A stretch of DNA of 64,000 nucleotides from Pseudomonadota bacterium (GTDB lineage Bacteria > Desulfobacterota > Binatia > Binatales > Binataceae): NCBI GenBank assembly GCA_021323675.1, contig JAJPKP010000087.1, positions 10,654-74,653 of the forward strand, written 5' to 3'. Under the pieces are notes generated by a model that saw nothing but the letters and a program-made list of their open reading frames with translations, had not been told where the DNA came from and did no database searches. The position numbers were made by a program, and so were the translations under genes. Below, one piece after another: positions 48,307 to 57,600 of the stretch; position 1 is the first letter of the stretch; each line of letters begins with the position of its first letter.

Positions 48307-48650
48307 GCGACGCCAGATTTCGCGAACTCGCGGCCGCGCTGGGCCGCGACGAATCGAGCGTGTTCAGCGCGCCCTGGGAAGCGCGGGCGTTCGCGATCGC
48401 GCTCGGGTTGAGCGAGGCGGGCCTGTTCACCTGGGACGAATTTCGCGCGCAACTCATCGCGGAAGTCGGCGCATCCGATCGTATCCGCGAGCGCGATGGA
48501 ACCTCCGATCAGGGCGAATACTATCAGCACTTCGTGCGCGCGCTCGAAACCATCGTCAGGGAAAAGAACATCGCATCGGGCGCGGAGTTGGCGGCGAAGA
48601 TCGCCGAACTAGCCGCTCCGGCTGCGACCAATCCGAATCATCGCGATTAA
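48303..48650 (+). CDS. Nitrile hydratase accessory (activator) protein
   Basis: 115 aa with an ATGA overlap to the alpha stop. The beta-like segment [28 protein letters not shown] is typical of NHase accessory proteins. Confidence 0.7.
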   Translation: MSDARFRELAAALGRDESSVFSAPWEARAFAIALGLSEAGLFTWDEFRAQLIAEVGASDRIRERDGTSDQGEYYQHFVRALETIVREKNIASGAELAAKIAELAAPAATNPNHRD

Positions 48651-48716
48651 AGCGGCAGTCTGCGCAGAACCCCGCATCTTTCCGCGGATCAGCGCGCCTG
48701 GACTCGAACGGGCTGG

Positions 48717-49262
48717 TCAGGCGTTCTTGCCCTGCTTGCCCTCAACCCACTCGAACATCACCGACTGGTAATACTCGAGGTTGCGGCCGAGCAGAAAGAC
48801 CTTGGGGACGCCCTCGATCCGGGCATAGATCGCGGTGTGGGTCGGGTTCTCGGCCCCGAAGAAGATATGAATCGGCTTGCCGTTTCCGCTGCCCGAGATG
48901 GACATTTCGCTGCGCGGATGATCGAGGCCGAACTGCGCCAGGTCGCTGACATTGTCCGCCACTACCTCGACCTGCTTGGCGTTCACCAGCAGATTGACCA
49001 TCGCCTGCATGAGATCCTGAGGAACGAAAGCGCCCTTCGGCTCGACAAGCTGATAGAGCTTTCCGTCCGAGGTTTTCTCGTAACGAATCGATTCGGTGCC
49101 ACGCGTGACTGTAATCGAATCGATGCCGCTGAGCTTGAGCAGGCTCGCTTCTTCCGCGTCGGTCCGAGCAGTGGGTTTTTCGGCCGGGTGATCGAAGTAG
49201 AGATAAAACGGCAGCAGAAGCAGAAACAGAGCCGTGAAGACTATTGCAGAGCGCGGACTCAC
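48717..49262 (-). CDS. DUF4340 domain protein
   Basis: 181 aa with an N-terminal membrane anchor. Sequence and position downstream of a GldG-like gene match DUF4340 as I remember it. Confidence 0.55.
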   Translation of the reverse strand: MSPRSAIVFTALFLLLLPFYLYFDHPAEKPTARTDAEEASLLKLSGIDSITVTRGTESIRYEKTSDGKLYQLVEPKGAFVPQDLMQAMVNLLVNAKQVEVVADNVSDLAQFGLDHPRSEMSISGSGNGKPIHIFFGAENPTHTAIYARIEGVPKVFLLGRNLEYYQSVMFEWVEGKQGKNA

Positions 49263-50689
49263 ACGAAGAACCTCCGGCGAACAAAAACGACCGTCGCGAT
49301 GGTAAACAGGATCACCGTCTCCAAACCCGCCCCGAGGTCGCGCAGGCGATGCGATTGCTGCTCGGTCACGAAGAAGCCGGCGGTCTCTCCCTTGTTAAGG
49401 CGCTCGCGGCTTGCGATCAGAATATCGTCGCCCGCGAGCGCGTTTATCGCACTCACCGCCAGGTCGCTGTTTCCGAGCATCTCGATGAACTGATTCGAAG
49501 CGAAGGCCGAACTGCCGAAACCGACGATCCGCGTCATCTGGTCCAGCGGAATATGAATATTGGTGGCCGGCGCGAGGTCAACTTCGGCACCGACCGTGAC
49601 CGGACCCTTGGTATCGCGGCCACCCTGATATTCGGTAATTCCCGTCGTCAGTGCTTTCGGGTCGCCGGATGCCCAGCTCTCGTGGGACGAGCGAAGCAGC
49701 TCGGTCGTCGCAACTATCTGCAACCCGTCGGGCGCGGGCGTTCCCGGCTGCCCGGTTAGCATGATTCCCCGCGCGAGCGACATGACCGCATCGGCGGACA
49801 TCGATCGGGTAATCGCGCTGTCTTCGGATCGCAGCGGAATTCTCGTGGTGAGAATTTCACCCGCGGTCAGGCGATAGGCGGGATCGACGATTATCTTGTC
49901 CGTGAAGTCGATGTGGTATTGGTCGAGGAACTTCGCCAGAGTCGGCGAATCGTACGGATCGAGCATCACCAGATAGTGGCCGCCCCTGGCGAGGTATTTG
50001 GCGAGCTCCGCCAGTTCCTCGGGCAGAAAGTCCTTCTGCGGACCAAGAGAGACCAGCACCTTCGCGTCGTCGGGCACGCCGCCGGCGAACAGCGAGACGT
50101 TGTCGATCTGATAATTGTTTTGTTCGAGCAGCGCCCGAAACTGCGAAAAGCCAAGGCTGCGGTCGCTGCTGAACAAGTCGCGCTCGCCGTGCCCGACCGT
50201 GAGATAGATGTGCTTGGCCTGGTCGGCTGAGATCTGCAGGATCGCTGGAATCAAAAGATCGGAGCGGGCGTTGTCAAAATCGCGCCGGCGCCCCTGCGAT
50301 TCCACCACCACTTCACCGTAGCTGGAGATGCCGTATTGGCGGGCCAGCCCGGGAGCCTTGTTGACGTCGATAACCTCGTACTGGAGCTGAGGAGTGAAAG
50401 CCGCCGCCTGAAACAACAGATCCGCAAGCTCCAGGTAGCTCGGGTCTTCGGTGCGCACGAACGCCATCACCTTGACCGGATGCGTCAGGCCGCCGAGCAC
50501 GCGCTTGTCGAAGTCCGACAGCGAGTAGCGCTTGTTCGGCGTCAAGTCCCACCGCACGTTGTGGTTGCTGATTATCGCGTTGACCAGAACCAGCAGCGCC
50601 GCGAACGCGGCTGCGGTGTAGATCAGCAGAAGATAGTTCCTGACCAGAGAGCCGCGCGTGGCCTCCGATTCTACCTGCGGCCGGTCCAT
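49259..50689 (-). CDS. GldG-like ABC-transporter auxiliary component
   Basis: I prefer the ATG at 50689 (MDRPQVESEATRGSLVRNYLLLIY..). It has N- and C-terminal transmembrane anchors and a large extracytoplasmic domain. 476 aa. The track start at 50929 is an extension. Confidence 0.65.
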   Translation of the reverse strand: MDRPQVESEATRGSLVRNYLLLIYTAAAFAALLVLVNAIISNHNVRWDLTPNKRYSLSDFDKRVLGGLTHPVKVMAFVRTEDPSYLELADLLFQAAAFTPQLQYEVIDVNKAPGLARQYGISSYGEVVVESQGRRRDFDNARSDLLIPAILQISADQAKHIYLTVGHGERDLFSSDRSLGFSQFRALLEQNNYQIDNVSLFAGGVPDDAKVLVSLGPQKDFLPEELAELAKYLARGGHYLVMLDPYDSPTLAKFLDQYHIDFTDKIIVDPAYRLTAGEILTTRIPLRSEDSAITRSMSADAVMSLARGIMLTGQPGTPAPDGLQIVATTELLRSSHESWASGDPKALTTGITEYQGGRDTKGPVTVGAEVDLAPATNIHIPLDQMTRIVGFGSSAFASNQFIEMLGNSDLAVSAINALAGDDILIASRERLNKGETAGFFVTEQQSHRLRDLGAGLETVILFTIATVVFVRRRFFV

Positions 50690-51507
50690 TTTCTGGCCTC
50701 CATCGATCGCAGCGTCAGGTAGATGAAGAAAATGATGAAGAAGATGAAGTAGGTCACGTGATCCAGATCGATTATCCCCTTTGCAAACCCGCCGAAATTG
50801 TCGAACAGCGAAACCGCCCGGATCGCTTCGGTCCAGCTCCCCTGAAACGCCGCTTCGTTCCAGTTTAGAATCCAGAAGAACAACAGCGGGAGAATCGTAC
50901 CGATGCCCGCCATCACCTGGCTTTCGCACAGCGAGGAAACGAAAACTCCGAATGCGATGAAAGCGGATCCGATCAGCAGCAAGCCAACGTATCCGGCCAC
51001 CAGCGGAAACAGCGGAAAGCGATGAATCGAGTGAAGGTAGGCCGGGTAAAGCAGCGTCAATCCGATCATCATCAGCAGGATCACTTCACTGGCCAGGATC
51101 TTGCCGCCCAGTATTTCCCCGTCGCGCAGCGGATAGGTGTAGAGAAGCTCGATGGTGCCGAGCTTCCGCTCTTCCGCAAACAGGCGCATCGTCAGGAACG
51201 GAACGGTAAGCAGCAGGCAAAGCCGGATGTCGGTGAACAGCAGTTGCCAGTAGTTCTGGATGATGTCCTTGGCGAAGGCGATGGTCTCGAAGAAGTTGAG
51301 ATCGGTCCAGGCGTAAAGGCCCGCCATAAACGCGAACAGGCCGGTGACGATATAGACCAGCGGAAACGCGAAATAGGAACGCAACTCCTTGCGCGTCACC
51401 GCGAGCATCCGGCTCATGGAAAAGCCTACGCCCATCGCGCGGGCGCTATCCCGGACGGCTTCCGACGCCGTGCGGGCAGCCTCGATTGTGGCTGCGCCAT
51501 TCGACAT
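50671..51507 (-). CDS. ABC-2 type transporter permease (GldF-like)
   Basis: Multi-helix permease. The start is probably ATG 51507 (MSNGAATIE..) or a downstream Met (MSRMLAVTRKELRSYF). Confidence 0.7.
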   Translation of the reverse strand: MSNGAATIEAARTASEAVRDSARAMGVGFSMSRMLAVTRKELRSYFAFPLVYIVTGLFAFMAGLYAWTDLNFFETIAFAKDIIQNYWQLLFTDIRLCLLLTVPFLTMRLFAEERKLGTIELLYTYPLRDGEILGGKILASEVILLMMIGLTLLYPAYLHSIHRFPLFPLVAGYVGLLLIGSAFIAFGVFVSSLCESQVMAGIGTILPLLFFWILNWNEAAFQGSWTEAIRAVSLFDNFGGFAKGIIDLDHVTYFIFFIIFFIYLTLRSMEARKWTGRR

Positions 51508-51562
51508 GGTTATTGACCTCGATGGGCGGGCCGCCCGAATCGTGCGAGGATTGCGCGCGCCA

Positions 51563-52516
51563 CTAGACCCTCTCTTCGTTTGTGACGAGGCGCATGAACA
51601 AATCTTCAAGGCTCATCGCCATTGGCTTTACTTCCAGCAGGCCCCATCCCTTCTGCACCACGCATGCAGCGAGCGCCGAACGAATATCCTCGCCCTGCCC
51701 TTTTGAAAAAACTACAAACCCGCAGTTGCCGGGCTGGGTAGCGTCCACCGGGCGATCTTCCACTCTCTGAACGCCGGGAACCGCGGTGAGCGCCGCCCGC
51801 ACCTGGTCCGCCGGACCCGCGACCGTGATTTGGGTTTGATCGCTGCCCTGCAACTTGGCGGTCAACTGCTCCGGCGTGTCCTGGGCGACGATGTTGCCGC
51901 GATCGATGATGACCACCCGCCGGCAGGTCATGTTCACTTCGGGAAGAATGTGGGTTGACAGCAGCACCGTCGAACGGCCGGCGAGCGAACGGATGAGCTC
52001 GCGAATTTCGACCACCTGGCGCGGGTCCAGCCCCACCGTGGGCTCATCGAGAATCAGCACTTCGGGGTCGCTCAGGATCGCCTGCGCGATTCCGACGCGC
52101 TGGCGATACCCTTTGGACAGCTTGCCGATTAGCTTGCGGCGCACTTCGCCCAGGCCGCAGGTTTTGATCGCATATTCCAGCCGATCGCGAGTGGTCTTCG
52201 CGTCGAGGCCCCGGACTCGGGCCGCGAATTCCAGCAGCGCGGTCACGCTTAAATCCGGATACAGCACCATGTTCTCGGGCAGGTATCCGATTCGCCGGCG
52301 CGTTTCGAGCGAATGCTCAGCCACGTCGAGTCCGCCAATCAGGGCGCGGCCGGCGGTGGGCGGAAAGAAGCCGGTCAGGATGCGCATAATCGTGGTTTTG
52401 CCGGATCCGTTGGGACCGAGCAGCCCGATTATCTCGCCCTTCTCAACCTTGAAAGAGACGTGATTTACCGCACGAGTAGCGCCAAAGTACTTGGTAAGGC
52501 CTTGGACCTCTATCAT
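51563..52516 (-). CDS. ABC transporter ATP-binding protein (GldA-like)
   Basis: Walker A GPNGSGKTT, signature LSKGYRQRV, Walker B LILDEPTVGLD. 317 aa. Confidence 0.85.
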   Translation of the reverse strand: MIEVQGLTKYFGATRAVNHVSFKVEKGEIIGLLGPNGSGKTTIMRILTGFFPPTAGRALIGGLDVAEHSLETRRRIGYLPENMVLYPDLSVTALLEFAARVRGLDAKTTRDRLEYAIKTCGLGEVRRKLIGKLSKGYRQRVGIAQAILSDPEVLILDEPTVGLDPRQVVEIRELIRSLAGRSTVLLSTHILPEVNMTCRRVVIIDRGNIVAQDTPEQLTAKLQGSDQTQITVAGPADQVRAALTAVPGVQRVEDRPVDATQPGNCGFVVFSKGQGEDIRSALAACVVQKGWGLLEVKPMAMSLEDLFMRLVTNEERV

Positions 52517-52778
52517 TTACCCTTTTTCGCCCGCGCCGCAGAAGTTTGCGCTGCCGGACCGCGAACGCGGACGAATCGAATCGCGTCTCGGGCCAGAATT
52601 CCCCTATCGGCAGCGCTGTGGCCTCAACGTCGAACGCATCGGCATTGTAAGAACGGTGCGCAAACGAAGTCAATTCACTTTATTCCATGCGGGTTTGCAT
52701 ACCAAGCCCCCCTTAGCTTCACCGATGCGCTTTCAGTTGGCCGAACTCACGGGTATTCTCGGTTCGGCGGAAAATCCG

Positions 52779-53081
52779 ATGGGCAAGTTTTTTGCCGGTG
52801 CAATCCTGGTCCTCGTTCTTGCCGCTGTGGCGTTCTTCGTATGGTCGAGAGTGAACGCCGCGCATCAGGAGGATCTGCAGGCGCAGATCGACGGCCTCAC
52901 CAAGCAGGTCTCGCAGCTCACCGACGAAAATACCCGCCTCAAGACGGAACTCTCGAAGCTTCAGACCGAAGAGCAGAACCTCGCGGCGCAGAATGACGAG
53001 CTGCGCAAGGCGATCGGATCCGTCAAGGCGACCGGAAAACTGCCCCCTAACATCGAGATGGAACTCAATCCTCCCAAATGA
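52779..53081 (+). CDS. Small membrane-anchored coiled-coil protein
   Basis: I prefer the ATG at 52779 (MGKFFAGAILVLVLAAVAFFVWS). A heptad-like Q/E/L-rich segment follows (LQAQIDGLTKQVSQLTDENTRLKTELSKLQTEEQNLAAQNDELRKA). The 5-prime part of track ORF 52491-53081 looks non-coding. Confidence 0.5.
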   Translation: MGKFFAGAILVLVLAAVAFFVWSRVNAAHQEDLQAQIDGLTKQVSQLTDENTRLKTELSKLQTEEQNLAAQNDELRKAIGSVKATGKLPPNIEMELNPPK

Positions 53082-53173
53082 CGCGGCGGGCCGCCGCCTT
53101 TATCGCGCGAAAGAACTCCAGGGCGCGCGGACGTCCCGCCAGCCGAAAGCAGGCCGGCGCTCTTTTTCGATCG

Positions 53174-53710
53174 CTACTCTTGCTTGGGCAGCAGGAAGCG
53201 CTGCCATTCGTCGAGAAAGCCGAGCCGGCGCAAATCCGGCATGCGGTCCAGATAAACTTCGCCCTTCAGATGATCGGTTTCGTGCTGAATGACCCGGGCG
53301 TGGAAATCGCGCGCGACAAAATCCAGCGGAGCGCCATCTCTTCCAATCGCCTTGACCCGCAGCTCCTTGAAGCGCGGAACCATCCCGCGCAGGTCCGGGA
53401 TACTCAGGCATCCTTCCCAATCATCGATCGTGGCTCGGTCGATGACGGTCACTTCGGGATTGATGAGCACGGTGAGCGGAATCGGCGGCAGATCCGGATA
53501 GCGCGGATGGTTTCGGACTTCGAGCACCGCGAGCTGGATGGGCAAATGGACCTGCGGAGCGGCCAGACCGACGCCGTGGTATTCATGCATCGTCTCGACC
53601 ATGTCATCGATCAGCCGCTGGAAGTCGCGCGTTTTGATTTGATCGATCGGGACGGGCTGCGCCCCCGTCCGCAGCGAAGGAAAACCCAGGCGCGCTACTT
53701 TGAGGATCAT
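53174..53710 (-). CDS. def: Peptide deformylase
   Basis: All three PDF motifs are present: GVGLAAPQV, EGCLS and HETDHL. Confidence 0.9.
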   Translation of the reverse strand: MILKVARLGFPSLRTGAQPVPIDQIKTRDFQRLIDDMVETMHEYHGVGLAAPQVHLPIQLAVLEVRNHPRYPDLPPIPLTVLINPEVTVIDRATIDDWEGCLSIPDLRGMVPRFKELRVKAIGRDGAPLDFVARDFHARVIQHETDHLKGEVYLDRMPDLRRLGFLDEWQRFLLPKQE

Positions 53711-53720
53711 CGCGGAGCGT

Positions 53721-54524
53721 TCAGTTGGCCAGCGCGGTGCCGAGCTGCTGGGTCTTTTCGCGCAGGATGCTCACGAGCTTGTCATAGCCCTGCTCGTTGA
53801 TTACGCGATTGAACTGGTTGCGGTAGTTCGCGATAACGCTGATCGAATCCACATCGATATCGTAGATTTTCCAGTCTCCGCCGACGTCTTTCATCAGGTA
53901 GCTGACCTGGAGCGGATTCGGCCGGCTTTGCAGCGTCACGGTGCTGAAAACCTCGGCGCTATCGCCGTCAACGCGCTCGTTGTTGAAGACAATTACCGAA
54001 GTCTTGATGTCCTGCTGCACCTTCTCGACCGAGTACTTTTCGATCTGCGACAGGGCGACGTCTTCGATAAAGCTGGTGAAAAGGGGAACGAACTCCTGGC
54101 GCTGGTCCGGGGTGAGGGCGCGCCAATGGTAGCCGACGGCCGATCGCGCCATCCCCTCGAAATCGAAATTGGCCTCGGCGATAGTGCGCAGCTTCTGCCG
54201 CCGCGCCTGCGCACTGATATCGCGATCCTGGAAAACCGCGATCGCCTGATCCATCACTCCCTTGACGGTCTTCATCGGGTCGTGGGGAGGTGGAGCATCA
54301 GCGTGCAGCGGAGCGGCCGCATACAGCATCGCAACAACCGCGATGGCCGCTCCGAGCAGAGCCAAATAGAGAATTATCGCGGCGCGGCGCGACGAAATTC
54401 GGGGTGTTGGGGGCGTCGTCCGCTTCGGCACCAGCGCAAGCGGCGGCCTGCGCGCAGGCGCCATTCGCGGCCTGGGCCTCGGTTTATGTCCAGTGGGGCC
54501 GATTCTTCTGCCTTCGGTTTTCAT
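53721..54524 (-). CDS. MlaC/Ttg2D-like phospholipid-binding protein
   Basis: The C-terminal ~200 aa match the toluene-tolerance Ttg2D/MlaC family by eye (ANFDFEGMARSAVGYHWRALTPDQRQEF, DWKIYDIDVDSISVIANYRNQF). I prefer the ATG at 54524 because the longer track ORF would run through the terminator at 54604-54662. Confidence 0.7.
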   Translation of the reverse strand: MKTEGRRIGPTGHKPRPRPRMAPARRPPLALVPKRTTPPTPRISSRRAAIILYLALLGAAIAVVAMLYAAAPLHADAPPPHDPMKTVKGVMDQAIAVFQDRDISAQARRQKLRTIAEANFDFEGMARSAVGYHWRALTPDQRQEFVPLFTSFIEDVALSQIEKYSVEKVQQDIKTSVIVFNNERVDGDSAEVFSTVTLQSRPNPLQVSYLMKDVGGDWKIYDIDVDSISVIANYRNQFNRVINEQGYDKLVSILREKTQQLGTALAN

Positions 54525-54603
54525 GACTGAAACTACGGCGCACTGCAGCACGGGCTGCTGCGTTGCATATGAAGATTCTAGCCGAATATCGCACGCGATT
54601 GGA

Positions 54604-54662
54604 TCAAAAAAGAACCCCGCTCCTCCGGTCACGCCGCTGGCGCGCACCCGAGGAGCGGGGGT
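54604..54662 (-). terminator. Intrinsic terminator downstream of the 1028-aa thaumatin-like gene
   Basis: The minus strand reads CCCCGCTCCTC (24-nt loop) GAGGAGCGGGG TTCTTTTTT. The 11-bp GC-rich stem lies at plus-strand coordinates 54615-54625 / 54650-54660, followed by a U-tract. Confidence 0.55.
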
Positions 54663-54686
54663 TTAGGTCGGACGGTCTTCGAGCGG

Positions 54687-57600
54687 TCAGTTGGCCGGAT
54701 TCGAGTTTATCTGGAACGATCCGAACGTGATGTCGTAGTTCATCGTGTTCGAGACGCTCGAGCTGGTTCCCGCCGAAGCGCACGTGAACGTGCTGGTCGC
54801 ATCGTCAAACGGGAAGCTGTAAGCCGTCGGACACGCATCCTTCAGATAATGCAGCCAGGGCAGGACGTCGTTTTGCCAGGCTGTGCTCGAATCTGTGCAA
54901 TTCGTGAACGACGACCCGAGAATCGTCGGCCAGTCGGACGCGACGCCGGTGGCCGTCGGGCATCCGCAGCAGAACGAATTGGCCGCCGCGGTGTTGTAGC
55001 AGGACGTCGCGCTTCCGACCGCGTTGCCGTTGCATCCGAACATGTTGGCAATCGTATCGGGAGTGCCGCTCGGCGGGCTTTGCGCGGTCGCGGTGCAATC
55101 GACCGGTCCGTACTTCTGCCCTGCCTGGCCGCAGAAATCGTCATAGGTCCAGAGGCCGCCGGTCGCACTTCCGCAGGTCTGCAGCAGATTGCCGCCGACC
55201 AGTCCCGTGCCGCAGGTGGCTCCGAATGCGGAACTGCTGCAATCGGTCGCCGAGGAGCAGGAATCGACGCAGGTGCCGCTTCCGCTGCACGCCATTCCGC
55301 TCGGGCACGAGACATTGCCGTCGCATCCCAAAGGCTGGCATTGGCCGGTAGTGGTGTTGCAGGTTCCCGAGACGGAAGAGCAATCCGAATCCGCCGTACA
55401 CGGAGACGTGCAATAGCTGCCCGCGCTGCAGGATTGCCCGTTGGGGCAGGTTCCCGAATTCGGGCATGCGAGCGGCCCGGGTACGCAATATCCGCCAGCG
55501 CCGCACAGGCTGTTCAGCGGGCAGGAGCCATCCACCGGGCACTGCAATTGAGCGACGCAGGTTCCAGTCGCCATCCCCGACGGGATGTCGCAGACCTGGT
55601 GAGAGTTCGGGCAGGGCTGAGTCGCGGAACAACTCGCCTGGCTCGATACGCAGGTCCCGAATTGTTGCCCGTTCGGGATATTGCAACTAAAGCCGGCCGG
55701 ACACGTGACGGTCGCATCGCAGGTCAAAGGCGTACATGTGCCGTTCTGGCAGGTTGCGGACTCCAGGCCGGTGGCGGCGCTGGAGCAATCACTGTCGGTA
55801 GTGCAGGTGTCGGGAAGGCATAGTCCCTGGACGCAGGATGGCGCGGTGTTGGGACACTGGCTCGACGACGTGCATTGCGTGGTCGGAGCGCAGAATCCAT
55901 TGACGCACGGCAGGCTGCCGGGACAATCGCTCGAAGTCGTACATGCGGGCTGATTGGGAATGCAAGTGTAGGTAGTGGCCTTGGTGGTCGGATCGACACC
56001 GGTCGGTTGGCAAGCCGATCCCGCCGGGCATCCGGCGCTGTTGGGATTGCACGACGGCAGGCTTACCTGCGTCAGCAGCGAGGTTTCATCGCCAAAGGTC
56101 GGGACGCTGGCGAGGTTGAAATTCCACGAGCATGCGCTCAGGCCCCCGCCGGATGCGGGCTGCGCGGACGTGCTTCCCGCGGTCTCGCACTGGTAGGCAG
56201 TGGTGCCCGGCGATGGCGAGGCGGTGGATGAAGGATCGGGACCCATCTGCACCGCGACGTTCGCGCCGTTAATCACGCTGACGTCATAGAAGTCCACCGC
56301 GTTCGCTGAGAGCGTGAATTCGGCGAGAGTATCGGGCGGGAGTCCTCCGCCGCCAACCGGACATCCCTGGTATGCGGAATTTCCGCAATCGCCCGTCTGG
56401 CACATCGTGCCGTCCGATTGGCATCCGGTCCGCGCAAAGCTGTTGCCGCTCCATCCGATGATCGGGAAGCAGGTGCAGGTCTGTCCCTCCTGAGCCTGGG
56501 AGCAATCGGTCGCGGTGGGCGGAACATGCGGTGCAAAGGGGCCACTGGTCCCGCTAATTACGCATCGGCCGCTCGCGCATTGGGAATCCTCGGTGCACAA
56601 GGTGCTCGTGTTGGTAATCTTTCCGGGGCCAGCCCAGAACGATCCCGGCGCCACTCCACCCGGCAAACAGAGTACCGTGGTGGAACTCTCCGACAACTCC
56701 AGATCGTTTTGAGGGATGGTCGAAGACGAGTACTGGCAGAGGCCCATGTTGGTGTCGCAGGTCTGGCCGCTGATAGTGCAATCGGAGTCGCTCTGACACG
56801 CCTGCGTCTCGCCCGGATGAACCGGAGCGAAGAAACACGAACCGCCGGTGCATTCGGACACCTGGTTAGTCCACGTGCACGATGTGCTCGATCCGCAGTT
56901 GGCGGCCGTGCTGCAGGAGGTGTTGTTCTGCAGGCTTGAGACCGTGGTGGTGCAAAGACCGGTGGTCGTGTCGCAGGTAAAGTTGGTATCGCACTGGCTA
57001 TTGGAGGTGCATGCCGCCCCGAGTCTGCCTACGCACTCGTTCTGGCTCAGCGTGACCGTAGTTGACTGTGCGCCGCCGGCGCATACGGTGCTCGGAGCCT
57101 CCATACAAACGCCGGTATTCGTGTCGCATTGGTTCGCATCCGCGCACTGCGTGAAACTCGTGCAGGCGCTGGTGGCGACGCAGGTTTGATTGGGGCCGCA
57201 ACTGTTGTCATTTGACACCGCGCACGCAACCGGCGGCGGTCCGCCGCCCGTCACCAGCCCGAGCCAAACCGTATTCGAAGTGGTGTTCGTGTACTTGAAG
57301 GTGCGAAATCCCGTTGGACAGGTCGGCAGAGATGTCGTCGATGGCACCACTACGAATCCGAGTGATGTCGTCGAGCCTCCTGTTGTATGGCTGAGGTTGA
57401 CATGGTCGCCGACTCCGGCGCACACCGCCAGCGAAAAGCTGCCGTCCGGATGGACGCTCGCTGACCCACTCGCCGAGCACCCGGATGATCCCGCCGCGAC
57501 CGCGTTGGCTTGTCTGAAACCGGCGCTCGAGGAGCTCGAACCACTCACAGTTCCGCCGCCCGGTGCCACACCGGGAGCGCCCAGGATTGCGACGACCCCG

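Noticed and set aside
46991-48650. The idea that the nitrile-hydratase-like genes are NHLP-type RiPP precursor peptides.
   Set aside because: The alpha gene is full length with an intact CTLCSC metal claw. A full beta subunit and an accessory protein are present, and no cyclodehydratase, radical-SAM or peptidase-transporter genes flank it. It is a genuine enzyme operon.
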